Source: Candidatus Uhrbacteria bacterium (lineage in GTDB: Bacteria > Patescibacteriota > Patescibacteriia > UBA9934 > GWF2-40-263). Taken from it: 64,000 nucleotides of DNA. The translations under genes were made by a program, and so were the position numbers. Shown here one piece after another: positions 1-10,303 of this stretch. Where the stretch lies: NCBI GenBank assembly GCA_016205975.1, contig JACQSK010000021.1, positions 106,593 through 170,592 on the forward strand, in the 5' to 3' direction. Position 1 is the first letter of the stretch; the number at the start of each line of letters is the position of its first letter. A model generated the notes under the pieces. That model was not told where the DNA came from, searched no databases, and worked only from the letters and a program-made list of their open reading frames with translations.

Positions 1-1
1 C

Positions 2-1378
2 CGAGGACCCTACAGGACCGTCGGTCTCCCGACGCTGTCGGACGAGAGCAAGGCCTTCGTCAAGGAATTTGCGGACGACCCCGTGAGGACCTTCGACAGG
101 GAAATGGACTCTGTCGTGGACAGTCTCGGTCTGTTGCACCTCGTCCTGCTCGCTCGGGTGGCCAGCGGCCGTCCTCCGCTGAAGGTCGCGGGGGATTGCC
201 TTGATCTGATGCTTGAAGTGACGATGCAGGCGCAGACGCGCCAGCCGTTTGCCGAGGGGCTTCGTCTCTGGGCCAACCTGTTCCACGCCTACGGCGGAAG
301 GAAGGCTCACGGGCCGGCCCTGCGCGCGGTCGTGCACCTGCTCATTTCCATCCGCGCGGAGTCCAATCGTCTTACCCTCTTTCGACACTTGCCGTCCCTC
401 GTGGGTGAGGTCGTGCGACTCATCGTGAGCGACTCGAACGAGCTCTCGCAGATCACGCCCGTCCAGTGGGAACATCTGCGCACGAACAGTGCAAGCTCGG
501 TCCTCGCTTGGGCGCGCTTTGCCGCGCGGCACAAGATTCCGCTGTCTGAGGGAGCGATCCGACTGCGCTATGCGTTGTTCATCGCCCGGGTCCTGCAGGG
601 TCAGGGGGCTCCGCTCCTGTTCCCCGATGACGGGCTCGAACTGTGTGCGCGCCTGCTCGCGCGCGGCATCGACCTGTCCACGCTCCAGACCTTCCTTGAG
701 CGGTATGGCGAGAACCGCCTCCTTTGGCTCACGAGTCCAGGAGGACAGGCGGATGGACGCTTCCTGCGCGAGCTCTCGCGGATGTTTGCGACTTTCGCCT
801 CGGTTCCAGCCGAGGAGTTGAGCCGCATGCGCCGTGAGTGGCAGGAGCTCTGTGCCATGGACACGTCGCGCGAGTTCACGCTCAGGCAATTCTTGGAGCT
901 GGGAGGAAGTCTCGATGCGGCGCTGGAAGAGCTCTCGCGACCGGAGCCGCCTCGCGACCTCACCAACGTCGTCGAGCTGTTCCCGCCCGTGCCCATTCTC
1001 AAGCGGCCGCGGCTTGCAGTGGTGAACGTCAAGGCGGACGACCTGGAGGTCAATGACCTGGCACTGGGCCGCCATAAGGGTGAGCTCATCCAGACCGTGT
1101 GCGCCGAAGTTTGGCGCATCGGTTATCCTGGGCGTTTCGATCCAGCCCGTGCCACCGACGAGGCACGGCTCGAGCGTCTGTGCTTGCCCAAGTGTCGTGT
1201 GACTCGCGGTCAGTTCGCCGAAGCGATGGCGTGGCTCTTGGTGGAAGGCGCCATCCGCCGCGAGGGCATGGCTCTCTTTCCTGGTCCCGTCTCGCACGCC
1301 ACCGATCTTGGCCACACGATTGCTGAGCGCGCCGAGGCGCTCAAGCGCTCCGCGCTTGTCCCCGAACAGGACGCGTGA
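2..1378 (+). CDS. hypothetical protein (5' partial; reading frame open to the left edge)
   Basis: Long ORF 83..1378 has no in-frame stop back to position 2. Protein-like composition. Stop is followed by a terminator/promoter-like intergenic region. Confidence 0.45.
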   Translation, partial: RGPYRTVGLPTLSDESKAFVKEFADDPVRTFDREMDSVVDSLGLLHLVLLARVASGRPPLKVAGDCLDLMLEVTMQAQTRQPFAEGLRLWANLFHAYGGRKAHGPALRAVVHLLISIRAESNRLTLFRHLPSLVGEVVRLIVSDSNELSQITPVQWEHLRTNSASSVLAWARFAARHKIPLSEGAIRLRYALFIARVLQGQGAPLLFPDDGLELCARLLARGIDLSTLQTFLERYGENRLLWLTSPGGQADGRFLRELSRMFATFASVPAEELSRMRREWQELCAMDTSREFTLRQFLELGGSLDAALEELSRPEPPRDLTNVVELFPPVPILKRPRLAVVNVKADDLEVNDLALGRHKGELIQTVCAEVWRIGYPGRFDPARATDEARLERLCLPKCRVTRGQFAEAMAWLLVEGAIRREGMALFPGPVSHATDLGHTIAERAEALKRSALVPEQDA

Positions 1379-1474
1379 ACCCCTCTCAACACGTCTCCCC
1401 GGCCAGGCCCCGTGCCTGCCGGTTTTTTGTTGACGCGCCGCGCGCGATCCGATACGGTTTTAGCAGGAGGCACC

Positions 1475-1771
1475 ATGATCACTCTTCTGCTCTCTTGTGC
1501 AACCGCCGCGCCTCCCGAGGCGTCCGATGGTATTTCCCAGGAGACCCTGACCGTACGCGTTCCGATCGACTGCCCGCATCTCATCGTGGACGTCACTTCG
1601 CAGGAGACATCCGACATCACCGTCGCTTGTTTCGACAACGTTCTGGGACAAACGCACCTGGAGCGTTTTACCTCAACAACGCTTGGCGTCGCCTGCGACG
1701 AGGCGGGCGAGGATCGCCTTGTGGTCGAGTTCGCCGCGCGCGAAGATCCGCCCGCGATCGTGCGCCCGTGA
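1475..1771 (+). CDS. small secreted protein (N-terminal signal-peptide-like MITLLLSCATAAP)
   Basis: ATG preceded by GCAGGAGG RBS. Hydrophobic N-terminus. Lies in a short-operon region. Confidence 0.4.
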   Translation: MITLLLSCATAAPPEASDGISQETLTVRVPIDCPHLIVDVTSQETSDITVACFDNVLGQTHLERFTSTTLGVACDEAGEDRLVVEFAAREDPPAIVRP

Positions 1772-2163
1772 GCCTCTACACGATCCTCGCCACCGCGCAG
1801 ATGTGCATGGACGTGCACTCTGTCCGTGACCTCGCGCAGACGTATCAGCACCAGGCGGCCCTGGACCTGCATCTGGTCGGTCACTATGTCGAGCTCGCTG
1901 ATCTCTACGATCCGTTTTCAAACGGCGTCGCCGTTCTGAGGGAGTTCGCGATGAGCCAGATGGCCATGGGGCCGGACATCATGAGCGAAACGCTCGATGC
2001 GCGCTCGCTGTGGTTGCGCGAGGAGTCCGTGCGGCTCACGATCGAGGCACACGATCTGCTCGACCGCGCAGAAGATGCGCCCAGCCGCTGGGCCGGACTG
2101 CGCCGTCTCAACGTGCCTGCCATGCGCCTGGAGTGTCTCGACGTCCTCATTCCGCCCCCTTAA
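1768..2163 (+). CDS. hypothetical protein
   Basis: GTG overlapping the upstream stop (GTGA). Non-junk composition. Start is an inference. Confidence 0.3.
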   Translation: MSLYTILATAQMCMDVHSVRDLAQTYQHQAALDLHLVGHYVELADLYDPFSNGVAVLREFAMSQMAMGPDIMSETLDARSLWLREESVRLTIEAHDLLDRAEDAPSRWAGLRRLNVPAMRLECLDVLIPPP

Positions 2164-2243
2164 GGTGGCGGATTTTTATTCGACAATAGGCTGGATCCCA
2201 GCGCCCGCGTCAAAAAAAAATCCAGCCGAAGCTGGAGAGAGGA

Positions 2244-2612
2244 TTACTTTCCGGTGACGCGCACCAGGCATGGTTTCGACGACAGGGTCGAGCCACAGCA
2301 TACGGTGAGGGCGACCCGCTCGCCACCGTCCTCGGGCGTGGCGAGGAGGCCGTAGCCCGCGACATCGTCCGCCGCGCGGCAGTGGACGGCGTAGTCGTCC
2401 TCGTAGGTGACGGTCAGCTCCGGCTCCACGTAGTGGGCCGCCGCGACCGCGTCGTACGCTCGGTTGGCGCCGGCCGCCTCGACCATGGCCTTGCCCCAGC
2501 CCCAGATCAGCACGACGAGGCAGATGGTGAGAGCGAGGCTGGAGGCGATCGCCACCAGGATCATGAGCTCGATGAGAGAGAATCCCTTACGGGAGAGAGC
2601 CAGACGTTGCAT
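2244..2612 (-). CDS. prepilin-type N-terminal cleavage/methylation domain protein (type IV pilin / T2SS pseudopilin-like)
   Basis: N-terminus MQRLALSRKGFSLIELMILVAIAS matches the class III signal peptide G|F(T/S)LIELM consensus. AAGGAG RBS upstream. Confidence 0.6.
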   Translation of the reverse strand: MQRLALSRKGFSLIELMILVAIASSLALTICLVVLIWGWGKAMVEAAGANRAYDAVAAAHYVEPELTVTYEDDYAVHCRAADDVAGYGLLATPEDGGERVALTVCCGSTLSSKPCLVRVTGK

Positions 2613-2663
2613 GTTCCGCTCCTTGATTGCGGTAGGGCAATGTACTCGGTTTTTTCCATGTCG

Positions 2664-2981
2664 TCAAGCAAGCATCGGTGGTGCGATCGTCACGCTCATC
2701 AGCCACTCGTTGAGCGCGTCGGTCTCCTTCACGGTGAGCCGTTTGGCACGGCGGCCGCCCGCCAACATCAGACTCCAGAAGTAGACCACCCACAGCTCGC
2801 CCTCCACGCGGCAGAGGCCCACGAAGGTCACGTCGTACTCTTCGCGGTTTGCCTCACCAACGATGTCTGGGAACGCTCTGGTCCAGCTGAGCGTTTGGTC
2901 GCCGATCTTGTGGGGAATTTTGTCGAGGTCGTCGCCGAAGGAGAGGACGCGGTGCGGGACACCGTCTTGAAGTCGGTACAT
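2664..2981 (-). CDS. hypothetical protein
   Basis: GGAGGAAAG RBS 6 nt upstream of the ATG. Balanced composition. Confidence 0.4.
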   Translation of the reverse strand: MYRLQDGVPHRVLSFGDDLDKIPHKIGDQTLSWTRAFPDIVGEANREEYDVTFVGLCRVEGELWVVYFWSLMLAGGRRAKRLTVKETDALNEWLMSVTIAPPMLA

Positions 2982-3093
2982 CTGGCTTTCCTCCAGGCGA
3001 CTAAGCTACGACGAAAATAGAGGATCGTCAAGGCGTCCCCTTGACCGCCCCACGCGAGCGTGACACAGTAGAGCTCGCTTGAGAGGTTCCAGC

Positions 3094-3480
3094 ATGAGAG
3101 GCATCATCGTCACCGGTACGGGATTTTTCGCGGGCAACGGCACGGTCTGGCGCGCACGGCTCATGGAGGTCATCGTGGGCGCCATCCACGGGTTCGATGG
3201 ACTGCCCAAGGGGATGCCGATCTTCGTGTCCTTGCCCTGCGAGCCGTTCTTGCAACAACCGCGCGGCTCCGCCATCATCCAGATCGACATCTACCAGTAC
3301 GATTGGCCAAACGGCGGCGCGATCGTCCACACGAGACTCGGAGATTTGGTCACCAACGCCGTGACCGAGTGGATCGAGGGGTATCAACTCAAGGACTCGC
3401 AGACGAAGGACCATCCATCCGGCGTGCTGGTGACCATCTCCAACACGAGCTACAAGCCGTTCATCCGCACGCTCGCGTAG
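3094..3480 (+). CDS. hypothetical protein
   Basis: GAGAGG RBS then ATG (MRGIIVTGTG...). Terminator hairpin+T-run after the stop (about 3498-3526). Confidence 0.4.
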   Translation: MRGIIVTGTGFFAGNGTVWRARLMEVIVGAIHGFDGLPKGMPIFVSLPCEPFLQQPRGSAIIQIDIYQYDWPNGGAIVHTRLGDLVTNAVTEWIEGYQLKDSQTKDHPSGVLVTISNTSYKPFIRTLA

Positions 3481-3638
3481 TAACCGCTCACTCCTCCCCG
3501 ACCAATCGGTCGGGGCTTTTCTTTCTTGACGCGCGCCGATTCATGTTTCTCTAGGGCTTCTTCACAAGGAGAAGCCGATGGAAGTTCCTTCCCTTATCCG
3601 GTATTTGATCGAGCGGGCCGTGCAGGGTCCGCATACTG

Positions 3639-4247
3639 ATGAAAACGTGCGTCGCGCCTGCTCGGCGCTTCGAGGCGATGTGCTCGGCCTGCCTCTCCGG
3701 TGAGCAGACGCAATGCCATCTGCTCTGGGGCAAAGAGGACATCCTGCTCGGCTACGCCCACCAAGGAACGAGCGCCTGCCCGTACGTCGGAACGATTCTC
3801 AAGGAGCGATACGTCCGCGTCGTGTGGATGGATCACCTCCTCTACCCTTCCAAGACGACGGAGCGGGTCGTCGACGTGGAGAGCGGATCCTTCGAGGATC
3901 GCGCGCTTCTGGATGCGCGCGGCGGCGGCTACGCGATACCGCTTCCCGAAGTAAGCGTCGTCGTGCGTAGGGTGGACATGAAGGACAGCATGCCTCTCGC
4001 GCAGATCGGCGACGGACCGCTGTTTGCGGAGATCCCGCGCGAGACCATGCGGTTCGTGGACGGCGAGCTGCGTTATGTGGGGTGGCTCACGTCTGATACC
4101 ATCGATGAAAGGAAGGTACACCTCGGGCCGGTACTCGTGCACGGCCAAAGCGTGCGGCCGCTCGCCAAGGATGAGTACGACGTGAACGTGCTCCAAGACG
4201 GCGATGCCCTCGCCGTGCTCACGCACCGCCTGACCAAGGTGCGCTAG
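3639..4247 (+). CDS. hypothetical protein (start uncertain)
   Basis: Protein-like + strand ORF. The antisense 382-aa ORF is Arg/Ala-rich junk. A strong AAGGAG RBS sits before a short 41-codon ORF at ~3578 in another frame. Confidence 0.35.
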   Translation: MKTCVAPARRFEAMCSACLSGEQTQCHLLWGKEDILLGYAHQGTSACPYVGTILKERYVRVVWMDHLLYPSKTTERVVDVESGSFEDRALLDARGGGYAIPLPEVSVVVRRVDMKDSMPLAQIGDGPLFAEIPRETMRFVDGELRYVGWLTSDTIDERKVHLGPVLVHGQSVRPLAKDEYDVNVLQDGDALAVLTHRLTKVR

Positions 4248-4250
4248 CCC

Positions 4251-4706
4251 GTGCCGGAGGGGAGCCTGTCTTGCCCAGAGGGTGACGACGGACTCCGCCG
4301 CGACACGATCGTACGGTTCGTGGGCGACGACATCGAGTACGACGAGACGTACAGCGTGCCGAGCGGCTGGACGTTCATGGCTCGCGTTGGCGACCGCGTC
4401 GTGCTCTCCGGCAGGCAGCGGGGACTGAATGGTTACAGCCCCACGGCGGTGATTCTCGCGCCGAACTTCCCCGTGGTGACCAAGCCGCTCATGGGCAACG
4501 TCCACCGCGTGCGAGGCGGCGTACTCCTCGAGACCGAAGCGCGGGACGGAGAGCGCGCGTTCCTCTGGCTCCACGAGGACGGGATCAACGAGTTCCCGCT
4601 CTACGGAGAGCTCTCGAACCTGACGCAGACCGGCCATCGGACGGTCTCGGGCTGGCACACCGACGGCAACCGTACGATCTTCCTCACCCGCTACGACCGC
4701 GACTAG
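4251..4706 (+). CDS. hypothetical protein
   Basis: GTG start 4 nt after the upstream stop. Clean intrinsic terminator at 4696-4720. Confidence 0.4.
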   Translation: MPEGSLSCPEGDDGLRRDTIVRFVGDDIEYDETYSVPSGWTFMARVGDRVVLSGRQRGLNGYSPTAVILAPNFPVVTKPLMGNVHRVRGGVLLETEARDGERAFLWLHEDGINEFPLYGELSNLTQTGHRTVSGWHTDGNRTIFLTRYDRD

Positions 4707-4720
4707 CTCGCGGTTTTTTC
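4696..4720 (+). terminator. intrinsic terminator (hairpin cgcga-ctagc-tcgcg + T6) followed by a TTGACA box
   Basis: Read directly. One of about 9 similar hairpin+T-run / TTGAC junctions in 1-18 kb (~1420, 3498-3526, 6108-6132, 8531-8550, 9373-9400, 11205-11290, 16316-16352, 17505-17543). Confidence 0.55.
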
Positions 4721-4839
4721 TTGACAACGCCACGCGTTTCATGATGAATTGATCTCGCTCGGGGCGAAACTAAACCGACTGCCTGGATTCTCCGGGGGCC
4801 GTTTCAAACTCGCTGCCTTGCATCAACACGAGGTTCTCA

Positions 4840-6096
4840 ATGCCCGCTCTTCACGAGCTGCTTCTTCATCTCGGCAACCGCCACTTCAACGCTGCCGACC
4901 ACCACCGCGCACTGCTCGCGCTCATCGACCGCCTCGACCTTATGCAGACCATGACGGTGGGTATGCGGCGCACGGCGTGGAGCGGCGCCGACGTGGTCGA
5001 CGGTGCCATCGCTCCCGATGGCCGCACCTTCTTCGTCGAGCGCAAGAACAACCGGTCGTGGCTTTACGCCCAGGAAGGTTCCGCGCTCGGCATGAACCGG
5101 ACGAAGATCGCGTCCGAGAATTTCGTCTCGTTGTGTGGCTTTCCGGACGGCAAGACGCTCGCCTACGCGACGTACGATGGGAACGGATGCGGCCTGTTGC
5201 ACTTCGGCGACTGGATGAGCGACCCCATCCCGTTCCGCGCAGATGACGGAGCACTGTTCTGGGAACACGAGGGCCAGGTCTATGCCGCGGCTCGCAACTG
5301 GCAGTCGAGCGAAGTTGTCGCGTTTCAGATCTTCCATCTGCCGGAGTGCGCGCCCGTGTTGGAAGCCACCAATCCGACGCGCGGCCACGCGGTGATCAAC
5401 GGGAAGCTCTCGTGGCTCGAAGAAATCGCCGTCCGAGAGCACGGCGGCAAGGTCGAAGTCGTCCATTGGGGAGATTGGGAAAGCCCAGCGTTTCCGAACA
5501 TCTGTGGGGAGAGCGTCAGCGTCAACCCGAAGACCGGCGTTCCGCGGTTCGTCATGCGAAGCCGCAACGAGTTCCGGCTCATCGAAAACAACAGCGCCTC
5601 GGCCTGTGGCCTCCCGATCATCTCGGAAAACAAGATGTTCTCGGTTCGCCAGGAAAACATCCCCACACCCGGCGGAGACAAGCCGTGGCGTCTGGTCGTC
5701 GAAGCGATGGACGATCCGGCGTGGCATTGGAGCAGGAATCAGGTGTCATCGCTCCGCGGGATATGCTTCCTGCCCGAGAGCGGCGACACTGTACTGCTCA
5801 TCAATCGCGACACCAACCACAAGAGTGATGGACTCGAGGTTGTCGTGATCGACAGGCACGGCAAGGAGGGCGATCGCCAGCGCATCGAGGGCGCGACCGG
5901 AAAAATGCGGCGCATCGGCAACCAGATCGCGGTCGAGGGACGGGACGAACACGGAAAGACCCTGTCGCTCTTCCAGGAAGGATGGGTCACGCACCCCCTC
6001 GTCGGATCGTTCGACCGCCTCGTCGCGCTCAGCGACAACACCATCGCCGGCTGGCACTACTCAAACGGCGTCATCTCCGTCCAGCACTACGTCTAG
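4840..6096 (+). CDS. hypothetical protein (possible beta-propeller-like repeats)
   Basis: 418-aa ORF behind a TTGACA-like box at ~4722. Terminator hairpin at 6108-6132. Confidence 0.5.
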   Translation: MPALHELLLHLGNRHFNAADHHRALLALIDRLDLMQTMTVGMRRTAWSGADVVDGAIAPDGRTFFVERKNNRSWLYAQEGSALGMNRTKIASENFVSLCGFPDGKTLAYATYDGNGCGLLHFGDWMSDPIPFRADDGALFWEHEGQVYAAARNWQSSEVVAFQIFHLPECAPVLEATNPTRGHAVINGKLSWLEEIAVREHGGKVEVVHWGDWESPAFPNICGESVSVNPKTGVPRFVMRSRNEFRLIENNSASACGLPIISENKMFSVRQENIPTPGGDKPWRLVVEAMDDPAWHWSRNQVSSLRGICFLPESGDTVLLINRDTNHKSDGLEVVVIDRHGKEGDRQRIEGATGKMRRIGNQIAVEGRDEHGKTLSLFQEGWVTHPLVGSFDRLVALSDNTIAGWHYSNGVISVQHYV

Positions 6097-6463
6097 CCCG
6101 CACCACGTCTAACGTCCCGCGACAACTCGTCGCGGTTTTTTCTTTCCCCAAACAAAAAACCGGCGGGGCGTGAGCCACATCGCCGGAGGAGAAGTTCCCG
6201 AACGCGCAGGACGCTGCTGGCGCATTCTAAGCCCTCATGCTGGAATCGTCTCCAGCATCGTCCGCGCGTTCGGGATAGTGCCGGGTCTGGGATCTGTCGT
6301 GCCACTTTTTTGGACGCACGCGGGACCTATTCCCACGCACGTTCTCTCTCAATCCCAGACCCGGAGTTGGAGTGTAGCACCCGCGGAGGATTCTGTGAAT
6401 CCATGATGGAAGAAAATGTCAAACGAGCCACCGGCTTCTGAAAGAAAAATCCACCCGAGCGTA

Positions 6464-7450
6464 TCAGGTGGGTTGCAGACGGAGAACCTTCTTGGCTACG
6501 AGGTGGCAGTTCACGAGGCCGACGGCCACGGCGAGCGCGGCGGCGAGCGCGATGAACGAGAGCTTGGCCACGGGCGGCATCTCGAGGAACGCGCCGCCGT
6601 AGATGACCCGCAGGGTGACGTAGCTTGTGAGCACGCCGATCGCGGAGTCCACGGCCGCCATCCTCTGTTCTTCTTTGTGCACCTCCACGAATAGGTGCCA
6701 GGCGAAGCGCAAGCTGCCCAGCAGGATCGCGAGGCACAGGGAGAGCGACAGGCCAATCAGCCGGAACCCGAAGCGACAGGCAAGCCACAGGCCGATCGGC
6801 AGCCACCAGAGGAGAATCTTGAGGATCGCGGACACGATGATGAACGGGATCACGAAGACGATAAACAGAAGGGCCGAGGTCTGATCCAATGCGAGTTGGA
6901 ACCAGGGAACGCGCTGGGAGCCTATCCCGAAGAATATCATGTCCATGCCATCCGTTGGGTCTCCCGTCTTTCCCTCGGGGCATTTACCAACCGCGGGGAG
7001 CCATCCAACCATTCCCCACAAGCCGGCGGCGATCTCGAACAAGAGGACTTCCGCGGCGAAGATCGTTGAGGCCCAGACCACCACGATGAGTACGAACAAG
7101 ATCGTGGGCACTGTCAGCTGCATCGCGGACCGCGTCCAGTAGGCCAAGGTCATGGAGATCACGATCAAGAACCAGATCAGCACGCGCGGGACGGTGAGCC
7201 AGCGGGTGAGCGCGAACGTCATCGGGCGAATCTCGCGGACGATTTGCCGCGAGCGGGCGAACGCCGAGCGGGCGATGCGGGGAGCCAGTGCACGGACCTC
7301 TCCCACGTCGTAGAGCACGAAGGCGCACGTGGCACTCACGAAGGCGCCGACGATTGCCGCGGCTGAGGTCATCCCGAGCACGAGACAGACCACGGCGCCG
7401 ATGATTCCACCAGCGCCAAGAACGAGCGAGTAACGCACGAAAACCTCCAA
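6464..7450 (-). CDS. polytopic integral membrane protein
   Basis: Many hydrophobic helices (e.g. ILFVLIVVVWASTIFAAEVLLF). An inverted terminator-like hairpin lies downstream at ~6150-6180. Confidence 0.5.
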   Translation of the reverse strand: MEVFVRYSLVLGAGGIIGAVVCLVLGMTSAAAIVGAFVSATCAFVLYDVGEVRALAPRIARSAFARSRQIVREIRPMTFALTRWLTVPRVLIWFLIVISMTLAYWTRSAMQLTVPTILFVLIVVVWASTIFAAEVLLFEIAAGLWGMVGWLPAVGKCPEGKTGDPTDGMDMIFFGIGSQRVPWFQLALDQTSALLFIVFVIPFIIVSAILKILLWWLPIGLWLACRFGFRLIGLSLSLCLAILLGSLRFAWHLFVEVHKEEQRMAAVDSAIGVLTSYVTLRVIYGGAFLEMPPVAKLSFIALAAALAVAVGLVNCHLVAKKVLRLQPT

Positions 7451-7561
7451 GGAGCTGTCGAGAGATTAGTACGAATCGCGGCAGATTGTCAACGGCTGAG
7501 TCGGGGACCATTGACGCGGCGGCTCACATCTGGCAAATTGTCACCGCACGAAGGAGGCGCC

Positions 7562-8539
7562 GTGTCAGATCATTTCCCTGCGTTCCCGCCGATCCTCGAG
7601 CCGCGGATCATGACGAGCGAGCACCATCAGTTGCAACAGGAGCGATGTTACCAGTGGGCCCAAGGGGAGTTAGCCGCTTATGGGGGCGATAAGATGTGGC
7701 AGACGTATCGGCGAGCGGTTGGCGCCATCGATACGCTCGAGCGCATGTCGCTCCCAACGCGCACGATGGTTCCGTTCAAACAGCGGGCGGATTGGTTGCG
7801 CTTCACGCGCGACATGAACGCGCTTTTTGAGCGGGCTCCCATGTGTCCTCTAGTTCTAGAGGTGCAAGCCGACCTCATGATGTTCACGGCCGAGATCGGG
7901 GATGTCGTTCTGCGTGCGCTGAGCAACCCCACGAAGGGCATGTCCGCGCAGGATCAGCACGCGGGGCGACAGTGGATCGGTACCCATCTTGGAGTCAACT
8001 CGCTCGAGAGTGTCCTTGCAACCTATGTGCTTGCCGTGGCGGCGTATCGTGGCGCGTTCGTGGAAATCTACACTTCCGTGTCCGATGCGGATGAGGACGA
8101 TCCGCGCCAAGCCAGCGCGGGTCTGCTCGACCAGTTGGCGACCAAGCTCTTGGCCGCGGTGACGCGCGTGGTGACCAGCCGCTTGGCGCAAGCGATGGAA
8201 GCTGAGGACGACATCCTGCGGTTTCCGGCCGCGGCCAGCAACTGCGTCCTGCCCGAGCTTCCGCGATTCCCGCACGTGCGCGAAGGCGTGCTCGCGGACG
8301 GAATCCACACCGCACCCTATGCCGCGATCGCGGCCATGTCAGGATGCTTCCTCAACTCATCACGCTCGGCCGTTTCCATCTTCTCCAACACGGCTCTGCT
8401 GGCGATGCTCATCGGCGAGTATCCCCACGCGCGTCATGCCTTACGCATCGCCGGAAGGCATACGCAGGGCAACACGCCCGAGGAGATGCGCAAGATTCAG
8501 GAACTGCTCAACCAGCTTGATCCCATCGCGAACGCCTAA
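7562..8539 (+). CDS. hypothetical protein
   Basis: GTG start with GAAGGAGG RBS 3 nt upstream. TTGACG/CAAATT promoter-like boxes at ~7511-7540. Terminator at 8531-8550. Confidence 0.5.
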   Translation: MSDHFPAFPPILEPRIMTSEHHQLQQERCYQWAQGELAAYGGDKMWQTYRRAVGAIDTLERMSLPTRTMVPFKQRADWLRFTRDMNALFERAPMCPLVLEVQADLMMFTAEIGDVVLRALSNPTKGMSAQDQHAGRQWIGTHLGVNSLESVLATYVLAVAAYRGAFVEIYTSVSDADEDDPRQASAGLLDQLATKLLAAVTRVVTSRLAQAMEAEDDILRFPAAASNCVLPELPRFPHVREGVLADGIHTAPYAAIAAMSGCFLNSSRSAVSIFSNTALLAMLIGEYPHARHALRIAGRHTQGNTPEEMRKIQELLNQLDPIANA

Positions 8540-8623
8540 CCGGCGTTTTTCCTTTGGCGCTCTTCTTACGTTGACATTTCCTTCCGCGCGTATTTCACTG
8601 TCCGCGCACAAGGAGTTCTTTCC

Positions 8624-9367
8624 ATGAGCCGAGCGTCCTATGTTGCCATCACCGGTATCCGTCATCCCATCGATGCGCGCAACGTGGTGCAACTGGTCGG
8701 GCCCTCACGACGACTGTTTTGCATCACGGCGCTGCTCGATGCCCAGGAGATCGAGCAGAATATCTACGACTCGGTCAAAGAGGCCGGAAGACTGTTTCCA
8801 AACAGCGAAGGGGTATTGCCCATTCTGCGCTACAGCACCATCGGCAAGCGGGCGGGATTTGCTCCGTATCTGAGCCAGGCGCTGAAAATTGCCAGCTCCC
8901 AGTGGCTGACGGCCATCGAGATCGATGTGCCGTGGCCCGACCCTGCGTCTCTCGTCGTGTTCAAGCGCATGCACGGGCAGTCCGTGATTCTGCGGGTGGG
9001 GCCCGACGCCTATCGCGAGGCGTGGGGCACGTACGATCAGATCGTGAAGCGCCTGGGCGAGTACAAAGATGTCGTGACAGACATCATGTTCGATGTCTGC
9101 GGCCTGTTTCCTCCCACAAACCTGCTCACGCTCTTGCGCTTTGTGCGAGTTCAGATGCCCCAGGACATCAATCTCGGCATCGCGGGGACGTTCACCGTCG
9201 AGTCGCTCATTAAGGATCTGCTCTCCCTGCTCGTCGAGTTCCCAAACCTCTCCATCGAGACCACGTTTGATTCCCTGCAGCGCGATCCCAAGACCGTCGC
9301 GCAGTTCGTCGCCGACCTCGATAGGCTTACGAGCTCCCTTACAGCTCGCGCCGCCACTGGGGCGTGA
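8624..9367 (+). CDS. hypothetical protein
   Basis: AAGGAG RBS plus ATG. TTGACA box at ~8571. Confidence 0.45.
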   Translation: MSRASYVAITGIRHPIDARNVVQLVGPSRRLFCITALLDAQEIEQNIYDSVKEAGRLFPNSEGVLPILRYSTIGKRAGFAPYLSQALKIASSQWLTAIEIDVPWPDPASLVVFKRMHGQSVILRVGPDAYREAWGTYDQIVKRLGEYKDVVTDIMFDVCGLFPPTNLLTLLRFVRVQMPQDINLGIAGTFTVESLIKDLLSLLVEFPNLSIETTFDSLQRDPKTVAQFVADLDRLTSSLTARAATGA

Positions 9368-9420
9368 GCCTGTTCCCTACCAACCGGTAGGGATTTTTGA
9401 TCGAAAAAAACACGCCCAGG

Positions 9421-10176
9421 CTATGGCGCGTACGTGGCGACGAGGTGTTTGCGTTCCTTGATGAGAGCCAGGAGCGTCCGTTCGAATTCCTTAACGGTCA
9501 TGGAGGCATCATCCGTGATTCTCTGGAGTGCCTCTTTTTCCCACGGTCGTCCCAGCGGGCGCAGATAGAACATTTCTTGCAAGCGCGCGAGCATGTTTTC
9601 TCGAGCGCGCAGGTGGGTGTGCAAGACGTGTGCGTACTGATCCCCGCGGCCTTGTTCTACGAGCTCGGCCACGCGCGCTTCGTCGCTGTGGCAGAGGACC
9701 CCGAGCTCGTTGTAGAGCTTGAGCGCTTCGCCGAAGAGAATGAAGGAGACGCGCGGGTCCTTCATCAGGCCGCGCGCGGCCTTCAGTTCCCGCCGACGCC
9801 TGAAGAGTCCCGCCACCACGCACAGCACAATCGCTCCACCGATGATCCCCATGAGGACCAACGCGAGCTTGGTTACGAGCTTGGTTACTCCACGATCCGT
9901 GTGCTTCCAGTTCATGGCCGCTTCATAGGTGCCGTAGCGGATCAGGACGGCGGCGACCAGTACTTGCAAGACACACAGCGCGCCCGCGATGCCTGGGCTC
10001 ATGAGCAAGGACAGGCACACGGGCAGAAGAAGCCATGCGCCTAGGATCACGAGGGACCTGAGGAGCTGTTGCTGTGTGTTGTTGTACTCCTCTATATGGT
10101 GCAGGAGCGTGTCGCAGGCTTGGGCGAACGCCGGAGCCTCGCGCGCGAGGTCGATGTGAAATGGGGATGACGCCAT
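9421..10176 (-). CDS. membrane protein with two TM helices
   Basis: The internal Met (MASSPFHIDL) has a GGAGGCGAG RBS. TM segments LVILGAWLLLPVCLSLL and LALVLMGIIGGAIVLCVV. Confidence 0.45.
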   Translation of the reverse strand: MASSPFHIDLAREAPAFAQACDTLLHHIEEYNNTQQQLLRSLVILGAWLLLPVCLSLLMSPGIAGALCVLQVLVAAVLIRYGTYEAAMNWKHTDRGVTKLVTKLALVLMGIIGGAIVLCVVAGLFRRRRELKAARGLMKDPRVSFILFGEALKLYNELGVLCHSDEARVAELVEQGRGDQYAHVLHTHLRARENMLARLQEMFYLRPLGRPWEKEALQRITDDASMTVKEFERTLLALIKERKHLVATYAP

Positions 10177-10303
10177 CTCGCCTCCGAGGACTAAGCTAAC
10201 CGAAAACGCGCGGTGTGTCAATTGACAGGCAGAGCCCGCTGGCGTATCTTCTTCTCCTCGGTCGATAGCCGACCCAGGTCTCTCAACAAGCAAGGAGGTT
10301 TCC

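Noticed and set aside
3594-4742. 382-aa minus-strand ORF overlapping two + strand genes
   Set aside because: Arg/Ala/Glu/Val-rich composition typical of antisense frames in high-GC DNA. The + strand ORFs have balanced composition and operon-like spacing.
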